From: Terriglobia bacterium | GTDB taxonomy: Bacteria > Acidobacteriota > Polarisedimenticolia > Polarisedimenticolales > JAIQFR01 | Assembly: GCA_963748015.1 (NCBI GenBank) | Contig: CAVVHE010000009.1 | Coordinates: 128,001-192,000, forward strand | Direction: 5' to 3' | DNA length: 64,000 nt | In this document: piece by piece, positions 49,071 through 59,890 of the stretch | How positions within the stretch are numbered: position 1 is the stretch's first letter | How the letters are laid out: each line of letters begins with the position of its first letter | Position numbers and translations under genes: made by a program | Notes under the pieces: model-generated | Told to the model about the DNA's origin: nothing | Seen by the model: the letters and a program-made list of their open reading frames with translations, nothing else | Database searches by the model: none

Positions 49071-50585
49071 ATGCGCCAGCCGCCGCTCTTGCTGGACAAC
49101 GCCGTCGCTGCTTCCCTTAGCGACGTGCCGGAAATCGGCCTCGACGAGTTCCGGGGCGCGGTTCTCGACGAGGTGACGGGCGGCGGTAGGATCGTCGCCT
49201 TCTTCGGCGCGCCGCGCGGCGGAAGTGATCTGTCGCTGTTTGCCATCGTGGCGAGGCCCTCGCGGCACCTCGCCGTCCTGTCGACGGCCGTGAGGGATGG
49301 ATTCCCCTCCATGGCGGGGGAGTGCCCCCAGCTCGCCAACTTCGAGCGCGAGGTCGCCGAGCAGTGGGGGGTGCGCCCGGAGGGGCACCCGTGGTGGAAG
49401 CCTCTCCGTTATCACGCGTCCTGGCGGCCGGGGCGCGATGCGTGGGGGAGGCGGGAAGGCGAGCCAATCGTCCCGTCGGTCGCGCCGTTCTTCGCCGTTT
49501 CGGGCGAGGAAGTCCACGAGGTCGCCGTGGGCCCGGTCCACGCCGGGATCATCGAGCCCGGCCATTTCCGGTTCCAGTGCCACGGCGAGACCGTCCTTCA
49601 TCTCGAGATCTCCCTCGGCTACCAGCATCGCGGCGTCGAGCGGGCGCTCCTCGGCGGGCCGGGCCCGCGCACGATCCACTACATGGAAACGGTGGCGGGC
49701 GACACGACGGTCGGACACGCGCTCGCGTACTCGCAAGCCGTGGAAGCTCTCTCGTACTGCGATCCTCCCGGAAGGGCCGAAGCCCTCCGTGCCGTCGCGC
49801 TCGAGCTCGAGCGCCTCGCCAACCACGTCGGCGACCTCGGCGCGCTCGCGGGCGACGTCGGTTACCTTCCCACGGCGTCGTTCTGCGGGAGGCTTCGGGG
49901 CGACTTCCTGAATCTGACGGCGCTCGCTTGCGGCAGCCGCCTCGGAAGGGGATGGATCCGGCCCGGCGGCGTCGTTTTCGATGCGGCTCCTCACGTCGAC
50001 GACATGAACAACCGTCTCAAGGCCGCGATGCGGGACCTCGACGGCTCCGTGAGACTCCTCCTGAACACCTCGACGGTCCGCGCTCGATTCGAGGAGACCG
50101 GCGTTCTCACAGCCGAGATCTGTCGCGAGCTGGGACTGGTGGGACCGCCGGCCCGAGCCTGCGGCATCGAGCAGGACGTGCGGCACGATTTCCCCACCGG
50201 TGCTTATCGTGGGTCCCCCGCGAGGGTCGTGACCTGGCTCTCGGGCGACGTCTTTGCGCGCGCGCAGCTGCGCTTCTTGGAGGCGCAGGAATCGGCTCGG
50301 CTAGTCCGGGAGCAGCTGGAGCAGCTTCCGGCGGGCCCGATCAGCACGGAGACCGGGCCATTGAGGCCCGAGTCCATCGCGGTATCGCTGGTCGAGGGTT
50401 GGCGCGGCGAGATCTGCCATGTCGCGATCACCGGCGAGCACGGGCGGTTCGCCCGATACAAGATCGTGGACCCGTCCTTCCACAACTGGCCGGGATTGGC
50501 GATCGCCATGCGGCAGCAGCCCATCTCCGACTTCCCGCTCTGCAACAAGAGCTTCAACCTGTCGTACTGCGGCCACGACCTGTGA
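49071..50585 (+). CDS. hyfG: HyfG/HycE-like large subunit (NuoC+NuoD) lacking NiFe ligands (Ehr type)
   Basis: GPVHAGIIEPGHFRF, GYQHRG, EGWRGE, DFPLCNKSFNLSYCGHDL. Confidence 0.85.
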   Translation: MRQPPLLLDNAVAASLSDVPEIGLDEFRGAVLDEVTGGGRIVAFFGAPRGGSDLSLFAIVARPSRHLAVLSTAVRDGFPSMAGECPQLANFEREVAEQWGVRPEGHPWWKPLRYHASWRPGRDAWGRREGEPIVPSVAPFFAVSGEEVHEVAVGPVHAGIIEPGHFRFQCHGETVLHLEISLGYQHRGVERALLGGPGPRTIHYMETVAGDTTVGHALAYSQAVEALSYCDPPGRAEALRAVALELERLANHVGDLGALAGDVGYLPTASFCGRLRGDFLNLTALACGSRLGRGWIRPGGVVFDAAPHVDDMNNRLKAAMRDLDGSVRLLLNTSTVRARFEETGVLTAEICRELGLVGPPARACGIEQDVRHDFPTGAYRGSPARVVTWLSGDVFARAQLRFLEAQESARLVREQLEQLPAGPISTETGPLRPESIAVSLVEGWRGEICHVAITGEHGRFARYKIVDPSFHNWPGLAIAMRQQPISDFPLCNKSFNLSYCGHDL

Positions 50586-50598
50586 GGCCGAGAAGATC

Positions 50599-51366
50599 GT
50601 GCTGAAAGCGCTCATCGAGAGATTGCGGCAGGGCCACCGGACGATCCGGTATCCGGGCGCCCTCCCCGCGTCGCCTCCGCGGTACCGTGGCCTACCCGTC
50701 CTGGACCCCGCCAAGTGTCCCGACGGGTGCCGCTCCTGCGCCGAGCACTGCCCGACCGGCGCGATCGTCGTCGGCGCCGGGGAGCGGGGGCCGAAGCTCG
50801 ACCTCGGCCGCTGCCTCTTCTGCGTGGAGTGCGAGCGCGCCTGTCCCTCGGAAGCTCTTCGTTTTTCCGGGGACCATAGGATGGCCGCGAGATCCCGGGA
50901 GGACCTTCTCGTCGGTGTCGAGTCCAGGCGCCTGGCGCGCGCGCTCGATCGCGAGGCGCTCCGGGTGTTCGGCAGGTCCCTGAAGCTCCGCCAGGTCAGC
51001 GCCGGCGGGTGCAACGGCTGCGAGGTCGAGGTGAACGTGCTGAACACGGTCGTCTTCGATCTCTCGCGCTTCGGCGTTCAGTTCGTCGCGTCGCCGCGAC
51101 ACGCCGACGGCATCCTCGTCACGGGACCGGTCACGACCAACATGAGCGAAGCGCTGAAGAGGACGTACGACGCGATGCCGTCCCCGCGTCTCGTGATCGC
51201 CGTGGGCGCCTGCGCGATCTCGGGCGGGCCCTACATCGACCACGCGGAGGCCTCGAACGGGGCCGAAGCCGTGGTTGCGGTGGACCTTTACGTGCCCGGC
51301 TGCCCGCCGCATCCCCTGACGACGCTCGACGGCCTTCTCCGGCTTCTCGGGAAGCTCCCCGGTTGA
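50599..51366 (+). CDS. 2x[4Fe-4S] ferredoxin fused to NuoB/HyfI-like small subunit
   Basis: C..GC..C...CP and CLFCVECERACP; GGCNGCE, SPRHAD, GAC, PGCPP. Confidence 0.88.
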   Translation: MLKALIERLRQGHRTIRYPGALPASPPRYRGLPVLDPAKCPDGCRSCAEHCPTGAIVVGAGERGPKLDLGRCLFCVECERACPSEALRFSGDHRMAARSREDLLVGVESRRLARALDREALRVFGRSLKLRQVSAGGCNGCEVEVNVLNTVVFDLSRFGVQFVASPRHADGILVTGPVTTNMSEALKRTYDAMPSPRLVIAVGACAISGGPYIDHAEASNGAEAVVAVDLYVPGCPPHPLTTLDGLLRLLGKLPG

Positions 51367-51419
51367 TGTCCTTCTCAACGTCCCCCAGGCGCGGCCCACG
51401 GGATTACTCGGACAGGCTC

Positions 51420-53690
51420 CTAGGTCGGCGGCGGCCCCGTCTTGTCGATCAGGCGCATCAGCGCCAGGCGGTCGGGTTCGAGCAGCTCGACGATCCGGTC
51501 CTTGTCGACTTCGGCGACGATGATGTGGCCGACCTCGTTGCGGACGTCGCTGAAGATCCCGTGGAGCTTCATCTTCCTGGCCTGGTACTCGTTGTCTTCC
51601 GTCGGATCGACGTAGTGCACCGAGGACGCCTTGTACCGGTGAATCAGGAAGAGGGTCACCAGGGTCATCAGCCGCTTCTTGCGCAGGGACTCGTCGAACG
51701 TGTTCTGGTCGCGAACCGAGAGGATGCTGCGGTCCCGCCGGTCGTGGATGTTGGCGAAGATCACGTTGGCCTCTTCCTCGCCGTTCTGGCCGTAGAGGCC
51801 GAGCTCGAGGATTTCCGAGCCGGAGGTGTGCGGCCGCAGGTGCACCCGTAGCTCCAAGGGAAGCCGGTAGTGCTTCGCCCACAGGCCGAGCCACTCCGCG
51901 AGCAGCTTCGGCGGCACCTCGGTCTGCATCAGGTGCTGGACCTGGGTCGAGCCCTTCCCCATCGCCTTGGTCGCCGCGGTATGGCCGGTCGAGGCCATCA
52001 ACGCGCCGTCGAGCCTCGGGCCGCCCACGAGGGTCTGCGGCGTCCGATAGGGCGATTCGAGCAATCGGAACTTCCTCTGCAGGCGGGCCAGGGCCAGCAT
52101 GCCGTCCTGCTTCAGCGCCGTGGCGAACTCCTCGCCCGCGAGGCCGTCGATCTGGTGTCCGCCGTACGTGATGAAGTTGAAGACGTAACCGAGCTTCCCG
52201 AGCTCCTCGGGGAAGCGCCGCATCTGCTCGTCGCTCATCCCGGTGGTGTCCCAGTTGAACGACGGCGAGAGGTTGTACGCGAGCATCTTGCCGGGGTACT
52301 CGGCGTGGATCGCCTCGGCGAACGTCCGCGCGTCCTCGAGATCGGCCGTCTTGGTCTCCATCCAGATCAGGTCGGCGAACGGCGCGACCGCGAGCGACTT
52401 CGACGCGGCGTACTCGATCCCGCTCTCGACCTGGTAGTAGCCCTCGGGGGTCTTGGTCGGCTCGCAGTCCCAGTTGACGTGGATGGCGAGAGACCGGGCC
52501 TTCTCGCGCGCGGCGTAGAAGGACTCCTTCCTCGCGAAGGCCAGCCACTCCTCGACGCTCATGTCGAAACGCTCGCCTTCGGCCACCCTGAGGGACATCG
52601 CGTCCGCCACCGCCTGGCCGTACGTTTTCAACCCCGCTTCCGCCTGCCAGGCGTCAACACAGCGGGTCAGGATCCCGTCGAGCGCCTGCTCGAGGATGGG
52701 TGATTTCGAGCTCTCGAGCGCGACGGCCGCGTCCTTGACGAGCGGCGCCACGCCGGTCCGCTCGAGCCACCTGAAGGCGGCGTCGTACTCGACCGCGGAG
52801 ATCGCGTAGAGGAGGTGCCCGCGGGCCTCGCCGACCCCCAGCTCGTGGAGCATCTTGAGAATGGCGATGTTGCAGACCTTGTAGCTCGGCAGGTCGAAGT
52901 TGGTCGCGCCAAGAATGAACGGCTGGTCGCGCTCGTCGCCGCAGCCGTCGATGAAGGTCGCGGACTCCGCGTCGGTTCGGGCCACGACGATCCCCGGCAC
53001 CCCCATGATGTCGAGCTGGAAGCGGGCGGCGTTCAGCCGCTTGATCTGCTCGTCCTGGGGCACCAGGACCTTCCCCCCCTGGTGGCCGCACTTCTTGACC
53101 CCCGGCTTCTGGTCCTCGATGTGGAAGCCGGGTATGCCCACCTCGACGAAGCGGCGGATCAGGTTCCGGACGTGGGCGTCGCCGCCGTGTCCCGTATCGG
53201 CGTCCGCGATGATGAACGGCCGGTAGTCGACGACCGGCGTGGTCTCGAGCTGCTTCGCGCTCATGCGCGCCCGGGCGAAGTGCTGGTTCTTGTCGGCGGC
53301 CAGCAGCATCCTCACGATGGGCGCTCCCTCGTCCGGCACCTGGCTGAGCGGATAGCTCGCCAGGTCGGCTCCCGGGTCTTCCCCGCGCGATCCCTTCGCG
53401 GAGGTCGCCCAGCCCCCGAGGTAGATCGCCTCGATGCCGAGCCGCTTCATGGTCACCGCCTGGCCCGGCGAGTAGGGACCGAACGTCGTGATCTGGGATC
53501 GCCGCGCGAAGTGCTCCCGGAGGCGCTCGAAGAACGCCTCGGCCGCGACCCGCGCGACGACGTAGTCGGTCCGGATGGTGCCGCGCTGCTCGGCGACCTC
53601 GCGAGGGGAGTAGAGCCTGACGATCCCCTCGAATCGCGGGCTGTCGAACCACTCCCAGATCTCCGCGACCTGCTTTTCGAACGAGCTCAT
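51420..53690 (-). CDS. aceA: Isocitrate lyase, long ICL2-type
   Basis: [29 protein letters not shown]; 756 aa with extra internal and C-terminal domains. Confidence 0.93.
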   Translation of the reverse strand: MSSFEKQVAEIWEWFDSPRFEGIVRLYSPREVAEQRGTIRTDYVVARVAAEAFFERLREHFARRSQITTFGPYSPGQAVTMKRLGIEAIYLGGWATSAKGSRGEDPGADLASYPLSQVPDEGAPIVRMLLAADKNQHFARARMSAKQLETTPVVDYRPFIIADADTGHGGDAHVRNLIRRFVEVGIPGFHIEDQKPGVKKCGHQGGKVLVPQDEQIKRLNAARFQLDIMGVPGIVVARTDAESATFIDGCGDERDQPFILGATNFDLPSYKVCNIAILKMLHELGVGEARGHLLYAISAVEYDAAFRWLERTGVAPLVKDAAVALESSKSPILEQALDGILTRCVDAWQAEAGLKTYGQAVADAMSLRVAEGERFDMSVEEWLAFARKESFYAAREKARSLAIHVNWDCEPTKTPEGYYQVESGIEYAASKSLAVAPFADLIWMETKTADLEDARTFAEAIHAEYPGKMLAYNLSPSFNWDTTGMSDEQMRRFPEELGKLGYVFNFITYGGHQIDGLAGEEFATALKQDGMLALARLQRKFRLLESPYRTPQTLVGGPRLDGALMASTGHTAATKAMGKGSTQVQHLMQTEVPPKLLAEWLGLWAKHYRLPLELRVHLRPHTSGSEILELGLYGQNGEEEANVIFANIHDRRDRSILSVRDQNTFDESLRKKRLMTLVTLFLIHRYKASSVHYVDPTEDNEYQARKMKLHGIFSDVRNEVGHIIVAEVDKDRIVELLEPDRLALMRLIDKTGPPPT

Positions 53691-55651
53691 CCGGAATGCC
53701 TGCCTCTCTCCCCGTCCCGAGTCGAGACGAAGTCCAAGTTCTCCGTGATCCGCGTGCCGTTCCCGGCGAACGCCTCCATGTACAGGCCGATCCGCCGTCT
53801 GGCCTCGTCGAGATCGTGGTTGTTCAGGTTGATGTTGAGGAGGTCGATGTACCACGGGGCCTTGACGCCGGCCCGCACGTATCGCTCGACGATCTCGCGG
53901 GCGATCGGCAGCGTGGTGTCCTTCGAGTTGTCGTGAACGTCCCGGTTGCCCGCCGCGCGGAGCCTCGCGTACTCGGAGGCGAGCAGCGCCTCGAACAGCT
54001 CCGCGGTGAAGGGATCGCCCGCGCTCGCCCCCGTCTCCGAATCGGCCTCGGTCAGGCGGGCGCGCTTGTGCAGCCACTCCCAGAGGATGCTCAGGCGGAT
54101 CTCGCCCGTGGCCATGTCCTCCATCAGGTAGAGCACGTCGTCGTTCCCGAAGAAGTCGGCGGGCTTGAGCGCGGCCGCCTGAAACCCCTGTCCGAAGGCG
54201 TTGCCGTACTGCAGGGCGACGCTCAGGAGGTCGCGCGCCCCCCGGATGGTGCGGGGAGCCGGCTCGAGCGACGTCAATCCCGCCGCGTCGGCCCCGGTGT
54301 AGGTGAGGCGCGGGAAGGGACGCCCGAGCTGGTTGTCCTCTCCGGCCCGCTCCCACACGGGACGCACGATGTGCGCCATCTTCCAGTGGGCGATCCACTT
54401 CCCGCTAGCGCCCTCGCGCTGTTCCCGCTCGGCGCCCGCGACGGCCTTGCGCATCCCGCTCTCGACTCCCGCCCGCGAGCCGACCGGGATGTTGGGCTCC
54501 ATCCCGCCCTGCCACAGCGCGAAGCGCCCCTGCCGGTCGGGCGTGTTGACGGCGCGCCGGACGCGATCCTCGTAGTTCCGCATGTAGGCGTAGGTCATCG
54601 TGACCGCGTCGATGTTCGGGTTCTGGAAATCGGGGTCCCAAGCCATCGCATCGGATACGCTGTTGATGTAGTCCCAGCGCCCGGTGTTGAAGCCGACGAA
54701 GTGCGGGCCGAGGGCGGCGCGGATCTCCATGAGCTGGAAGCTGGCCTCGAGCTGCTCGACGAGCACGTAGACCTTGATGGTCCCCAAGTCGAGGCCGAGG
54801 TGCGCTTCGAGCGCCGAGAGGATGTCGCCCCACAGCGCGGCTTCCTCGGCCGTCTGGATCTTGGGGAGGTAGAGGACCACGGAGGCGCCCGCCGCTCGAA
54901 GCGCCTCGTGGTTGTGGACGACGTACAGCGCGGCATCGACGATCGACGCCGAGAACCCCCTGCCGTCGCTCCACCTCACGTGGCGGTCGTCGAGGTGGAG
55001 CCCCCGGGCCCGGAAGATCCGCGTCGTGAACCCGAGCTGCTTCCGCCAGTCGTCGATGATCTCCCGTCCGAAGAAGCCCCGCGCCCAGGCGTTCATCTCC
55101 GCCGCCACCTGGGCCGCGACCTCGAGGAAGGCCGGGCTCGCTCCGATCGCCAGCTTGAGGTTCCGCTGGTTGTCGAGCGACATCGTCGAGATCTGGCCCA
55201 GCGCGTCCTCGCCGTCGAACATCCACCCGTCGGCGCCCGAGAGGAGCGCGTACGCGACGTTGCGGATGCTCTTCTCGAGCGGCTCGTTCGGCTTCGCCGC
55301 GGGACCCGTCCCCTGGATCCACTGGCGCCTCAGGTCGGGAGGGATCTCGCCCCCCTCGAAGTTCCCCTCCCGGGCGTCACGGACCGTCATCCGCGTTCGT
55401 GGAATCACGGAGTCGGGGTCGAGGAAGCCGATCCGCTCCTTCTTTCGCGCCCTCTCCGCCCGCCGGCGCGTTCGAGCGTCCATGAGCGCCCTTCGATCGG
55501 AATCGAGCGCCGCCAGCGCGGCGAGAGCCGACAACGCCGAGGGGGTGAAGAGGTCCGGGTACTCGCGCTCGACCCCGGCGCGTAACTCGAGCTCGGGGAC
55601 GCCGCCGGGCGCGCCGGTATCCCGAAGATTCGCATCCGCCGAACGACTCAA
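53687..55651 (-). CDS. aceB: Malate synthase
   Basis: [31 protein letters not shown] motifs; coupled to aceA. Confidence 0.88.
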   Translation of the reverse strand: MSRSADANLRDTGAPGGVPELELRAGVEREYPDLFTPSALSALAALAALDSDRRALMDARTRRRAERARKKERIGFLDPDSVIPRTRMTVRDAREGNFEGGEIPPDLRRQWIQGTGPAAKPNEPLEKSIRNVAYALLSGADGWMFDGEDALGQISTMSLDNQRNLKLAIGASPAFLEVAAQVAAEMNAWARGFFGREIIDDWRKQLGFTTRIFRARGLHLDDRHVRWSDGRGFSASIVDAALYVVHNHEALRAAGASVVLYLPKIQTAEEAALWGDILSALEAHLGLDLGTIKVYVLVEQLEASFQLMEIRAALGPHFVGFNTGRWDYINSVSDAMAWDPDFQNPNIDAVTMTYAYMRNYEDRVRRAVNTPDRQGRFALWQGGMEPNIPVGSRAGVESGMRKAVAGAEREQREGASGKWIAHWKMAHIVRPVWERAGEDNQLGRPFPRLTYTGADAAGLTSLEPAPRTIRGARDLLSVALQYGNAFGQGFQAAALKPADFFGNDDVLYLMEDMATGEIRLSILWEWLHKRARLTEADSETGASAGDPFTAELFEALLASEYARLRAAGNRDVHDNSKDTTLPIAREIVERYVRAGVKAPWYIDLLNINLNNHDLDEARRRIGLYMEAFAGNGTRITENLDFVSTRDGERGRHSG

Positions 55652-55940
55652 GAGGAACCCCCGCGTCCGCGCCCGTTTCGGACCGGACCCTGCTCCCGGC
55701 TTCGACCCGCACGGCGATACCCGGCGAGTCCGAAAACCGACCCCCCATCATACGACGACAGCGCGGATCGCAGGGGAACGCCAGGATCCGAGCCCACCTC
55801 GGCGCTTCGAAAAGGGCCCGTGGCGCCCGAGCCGCAGGACCTTCGGCTTGCGTGCAATCGGGCCCGAGTCGTAGACTACCGGACTTCGGGCGCTATCCCG
55901 TTTCGACAAGGTGCTCGCAACTCTCATCGGGAGGAACTTC

Positions 55941-56417
55941 ATGCTCCGCTTGGCCGCCGTCACCGCCGCCTGTCTCCTGCTGATCCTCGCAGCCGTTCCG
56001 GCGCACGCCGCCGAAGGAACCAAGTACGGCAAGGGCCTCTCGGGACCCGACGTCGTGGCGATCTCCGACCTGATGGCGAGCCCGGACAAGTACGTGGGGA
56101 AGACCGTCCGCGTCGACGGCCTGATCGCCGACGTCTGCCCCAAGCGCGGCTGCTGGATGGACCTCGCCGGCGACAAGGAGTTCCAGACCCTCCGCATCAA
56201 GGTGGAGGACGGCGAGATCGTGTTCCCGCTCGACGCCAAGGGGAAGCGCGCCACCGCCGAGGGGGTCTTCACGAAGATGGAGATCACGAAGGAGCAGGCG
56301 GTCGAGCGCGCGAAGCATCACGCCGAGGAGAAGGGCGAGGCGTTCGACGCCGCGAAGGCGAAGGACCTCCCCACCGTGATCTACCAGATCAACGGAACGG
56401 GCGCGGTCATCCGCTAG
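55941..56417 (+). CDS. Exported DUF4920-like OB-fold protein
   Basis: Signal peptide; VCPKRGCWM motif. Confidence 0.75.
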   Translation: MLRLAAVTAACLLLILAAVPAHAAEGTKYGKGLSGPDVVAISDLMASPDKYVGKTVRVDGLIADVCPKRGCWMDLAGDKEFQTLRIKVEDGEIVFPLDAKGKRATAEGVFTKMEITKEQAVERAKHHAEEKGEAFDAAKAKDLPTVIYQINGTGAVIR

Positions 56418-56424
56418 ATCCGGC

Positions 56425-57129
56425 TTGGTCGGACCGCAGTCACCAACGCAAGCTCCGGAAGGCGGCTCCGGCAGCTCCTGGCGCCGGTGGAACCGGATCC
56501 TCCACCGCGACGTGGGGTATTTCTGCGTGGCGTTGACGCTCGTCTACGCGGTGTCGGGGATCGCCGTCAACCACATCGACGACTGGAACCCGAGCTACGT
56601 GATCTCGCGCGAGCCGCGCCGGTTCGATCCGGTCCCCGTCACCGATCGCGAGACGATGGTCGGCGAGATCGTGTCGCGGCTCGGTCTGCCGGCAAGTCCG
56701 AAGGAGTCGTTCCGCCGGAGCCCGGAGCGGGTCGAGCTGTTCTACGACGGGTGGAGCGTCCAGGCGGACGTCGCCCTGGGGACCGCCACGATCGAGCGCA
56801 CGCGGCGGCGGTTCTTGCTGTTCGACGCCAACTACCTCCACCTGAACCGCCCCCGCGGCCTCTGGACCTGGATCGCGGATGCCTACGCCGCGCTCCTCGC
56901 CCTGCTCGCGGTGACGGGGATCCTCATCCTGCGCGGCCGGCAGGGGCTGGGAGGCCGGGGCAAGTGGTTCGTCCTCGCGGGACTCGCCCTGCCGGTCGTC
57001 TTCCTGATCCTGCTTCGCGTCCTCGGAGCACCCCCGCCGATGACGGGCGAGGGCGGGCGGCACGAAGAAAGGCGCGGGGCGGGCCGGCCGCCGGGCTCGG
57101 CGACGGCGCCGCTCGACGGGCGGAACTAG
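56425..57129 (+). CDS. PepSY-associated TM-helix protein
   Basis: LHRDVGY, SGIAVNH, LHLN motifs; 3 TMs. Confidence 0.75.
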   Translation: MVGPQSPTQAPEGGSGSSWRRWNRILHRDVGYFCVALTLVYAVSGIAVNHIDDWNPSYVISREPRRFDPVPVTDRETMVGEIVSRLGLPASPKESFRRSPERVELFYDGWSVQADVALGTATIERTRRRFLLFDANYLHLNRPRGLWTWIADAYAALLALLAVTGILILRGRQGLGGRGKWFVLAGLALPVVFLILLRVLGAPPPMTGEGGRHEERRGAGRPPGSATAPLDGRN

Positions 57130-57698
57130 GGGTTCGAGACGGCGACCGAGACGGCGCCACGGAGGTCGCCCTTCGCGTAGCCGACCGCCTGGTCGTCGGG
57201 GTAGCGCTCGGCGAGGATCCCGCGGACCGCGGGGTCGAGAGACTCGCGCGGCCCGTGGCACTTGAGGCACGGCTCGCCGACGAGAATCGGGCGGAGGTAG
57301 CGAAGGACGCGCCTGCCGTCCTCCGCCGTCTCCTCCGAGATTTCCTTCGGCAAGTTTCCCTCGCGGTGCGCCGCTTCGAGCGATTCGAGTTGCTTCCGCT
57401 CGTACGCGTCGGGCGCGTCGGCCGGGTTGCGCGTCCTGAGAGTGACGCGGCGGATGGTCATGCCCGACCCGGAGTGCGCAGCGGCCATTGCCGGCGCAAC
57501 TTCGGCGCAGACGTTGACTGCCCCGGTGGGACCGCTCGTCGCCAGCTCGGCGAAGAGCCGTTTCGCGAGCGCGCTCGTGAAAGCGTCGGCTGCGGCCCGG
57601 GCCCGCTCGATGGCCGGCGGAGGGGTGTCCGGCGCCTGCTCGCCGGCCGCCGCCGCGATCGATGCGACGGCGAGGAGCGACATCGTCAAGGGACGCAC
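57126..57698 (-). CDS. DUF3365 (Tll0287-like) c-type heme protein
   Basis: AVNVC, RNPADAPD, CLKCH, GY..GDLRGA. Confidence 0.85.
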   Translation of the reverse strand: MRPLTMSLLAVASIAAAAGEQAPDTPPPAIERARAAADAFTSALAKRLFAELATSGPTGAVNVCAEVAPAMAAAHSGSGMTIRRVTLRTRNPADAPDAYERKQLESLEAAHREGNLPKEISEETAEDGRRVLRYLRPILVGEPCLKCHGPRESLDPAVRGILAERYPDDQAVGYAKGDLRGAVSVAVSNP

Positions 57699-57749
57699 GA
57701 CACTCCCTCCCTTCCCGCTAGGCGACGGCCTCGTCCTCGGCAAGACGCC

Positions 57750-58316
57750 TCAAGCGAACGCCTTCTCCATGTCCTCGAGCATCGCCCGTTCCGCCCTGGA
57801 AACGGCGCCGATGCCGAGGAATCCTCCCGCCGCCTCGGCGACCGCGCTGGCGCGGTGGAGGAGGTCGTGCCGGAGCGCCTTGCGCTGCTCGGGGGTCAGG
57901 TTGGCGACCAAGCCGGCCGTGTACTCCTTCCACACGCGGAGCAGGCGCGGGTCGGGGGTGCGCTCGAGCCAGCTCTCGACCAGCTCGTACGCGACCGTCC
58001 CCGGGTCGAGGCCTTGATCGGCCGCCGCCTTGAGGATCGCCTCGCGCTCCTTCGGCTGCACCTCGCCGTCGGCCCACGCGACCTCGACCACGGGCACCAG
58101 GGTGAAGGCCGCCGCTCGCTCGACGTTGACGTCGAGCTCGATGAGCTTGTCGAGGAGCTCGACGTTCGAGATTCCGGTCGCCTTGGCCAGCGCCTCTCGC
58201 CGCTCCCGCTGCGCGGCCTCCGCCTTGAGCTTCCGAAGCAGCTGCCGGTTGTGCTGGGCGAAGAACTCCTCCTCGAGGTTCCGCCCTGGGGTTCCGGGAA
58301 GGGTATCCTTGTCCAT
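57750..58316 (-). CDS. Hypothetical protein (TerB-like fold possible)
   Basis: LEEEFF; VAWADG..ER; VAEAAGGFLG. Confidence 0.65.
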   Translation of the reverse strand: MDKDTLPGTPGRNLEEEFFAQHNRQLLRKLKAEAAQRERREALAKATGISNVELLDKLIELDVNVERAAAFTLVPVVEVAWADGEVQPKEREAILKAAADQGLDPGTVAYELVESWLERTPDPRLLRVWKEYTAGLVANLTPEQRKALRHDLLHRASAVAEAAGGFLGIGAVSRAERAMLEDMEKAFA

Positions 58317-58408
58317 GCCAATCACTCCGTCCGCGCGAGCTTCCGGTGCGCGCCCGTTCATGTTACAGGGGGAAGCGCCCGCTGTCAGCCTGCACGTCCG
58401 CCCGGGGA

Positions 58409-59877
58409 CTACTCCATCGCCGCCAGCACCTCGTCGAGGGCGACGGTGGCGAAGGTGGTGGCGTAGTCGGACATCGCGTAGGGGATGATGAGCCGCCGGC
58501 CGTGCAGGAGGCTGCCGCAGGAGTAGACGACGTTCGGCACGTAGCCCTCGCGCTCGTTCTCGTTCGGCTTGATGAGCGGCTCGCGCAGGCGGCCGATGAC
58601 CCGGGTCGGGATCGTCGCGGTCGAGCAGGAACGCGCCGATGCAGTACTTCCGCATCGGGCCGACGCCGTGGCTGAGCACGAGCCAGCCGGCTTCGGTCTC
58701 GATCGGCGAGCCGCAGTTGCCCATCTGGATGAACTCCCACGGGATACGTCGGCTTCAGGACGAGCTGCGCGGTGTGCCAGAAATGGAGATGGTCCGAGAA
58801 CATCACGTAGATGTTCTCGTAGTCCTGGCGGCCGAGCATCGCGTAGTGGCCGTCGATCTTGCGCGGGAAGAGCGCCATGCCCTTGTTCTGCACCGCCGGG
58901 CCGTTCAGCGTGATGAACTTGAAGTGGAGGAAGTCGGGCGTCTCGATGAACTGCGGCAGGATCATCTTGCCGTCGTAGGCGGTGTAGGTGGCGTAGTAGG
59001 TCCGCGTGCCGTCGTCGTTCTGGAAGCGGACGAAGCGGGCGTCCTCGATGCCGTTGCTCTGCGACGGCGTGACCGGGAACAGCACGCGCTCGGACAATCG
59101 CGAGTCCGGCGCGAACTGCACTTCGTAATTCGACTCGGCCAGCAGCAGGATCTTCCTGGCCACCGCCGCGGTTTCCTGGTCGCGCGCGTCCGAGCCGGTC
59201 CGCGGCGCGACGGACGCCGGCGCGCAGGTCGTCCAGCGTGAATGCGTCGCCCAGGCTGTCGCAGCGCCTGCCGGGTGAAGTCGCCCGTCCAGGCCGAGCT
59301 CCTGGAGCTTGCGCGCGAACAGCGCCTTCTCGTACGACGCGTTGGGCACCTGCGTCGGGCTCCAGGCAGTAACGGGTGGGCGCGTCGATCGTGATCGGCG
59401 CCCTGGGCGTCCAGGTAGCCGGTGCGAAAGGTGATCGAGGAGATGTGCCCTTCGCCCGTGGCCCGCAGGCTCAGGATGAACCGCAGCGAGCCCGGGCGGC
59501 AGGTCGCGACTGGTCCGGGTGCGGCACGATGGAGGGATTGAACAGCGCCGCCGCTTCGAGCGAATACTCGTGGGTGAAGTACGCGCCGAGCAGCAGCTGC
59601 CGTTCGTCCGGAGAGTCGCTGCGCCGGCGCGCAGCCAGGGCCGCACCTGGTCGAACCGGCGCAGCAGGAACTCGTCGGATCTGCACGTGCCGGTCGCCGA
59701 ACTCGGCCTCGCACCTGCTCGAGCAGCGTCGCGGACCTCGCTCTCGGGCAGGGCCATGACCTGCGCGCAGATCTTGGCGGCGCGCTGCCGGCTCGCGGGA
59801 TGGAACGGCCGGACCAGCACCCGCGTGCGGTCCGGATGGAGGACGAGATCGCTGCGCCGGACCGTGACGGTGTTCAT
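58409..59877 (-). pseudogene. GH130-like glycosidase/phosphorylase, multiply frameshifted
   Basis: Fragments in different frames: EYSLEAAALFNPS, GIEDARFV, NKGMALFP, GNCGSPIET. Confidence 0.75.
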
Positions 59878-59890
59878 CGGGCGGGGGTCG

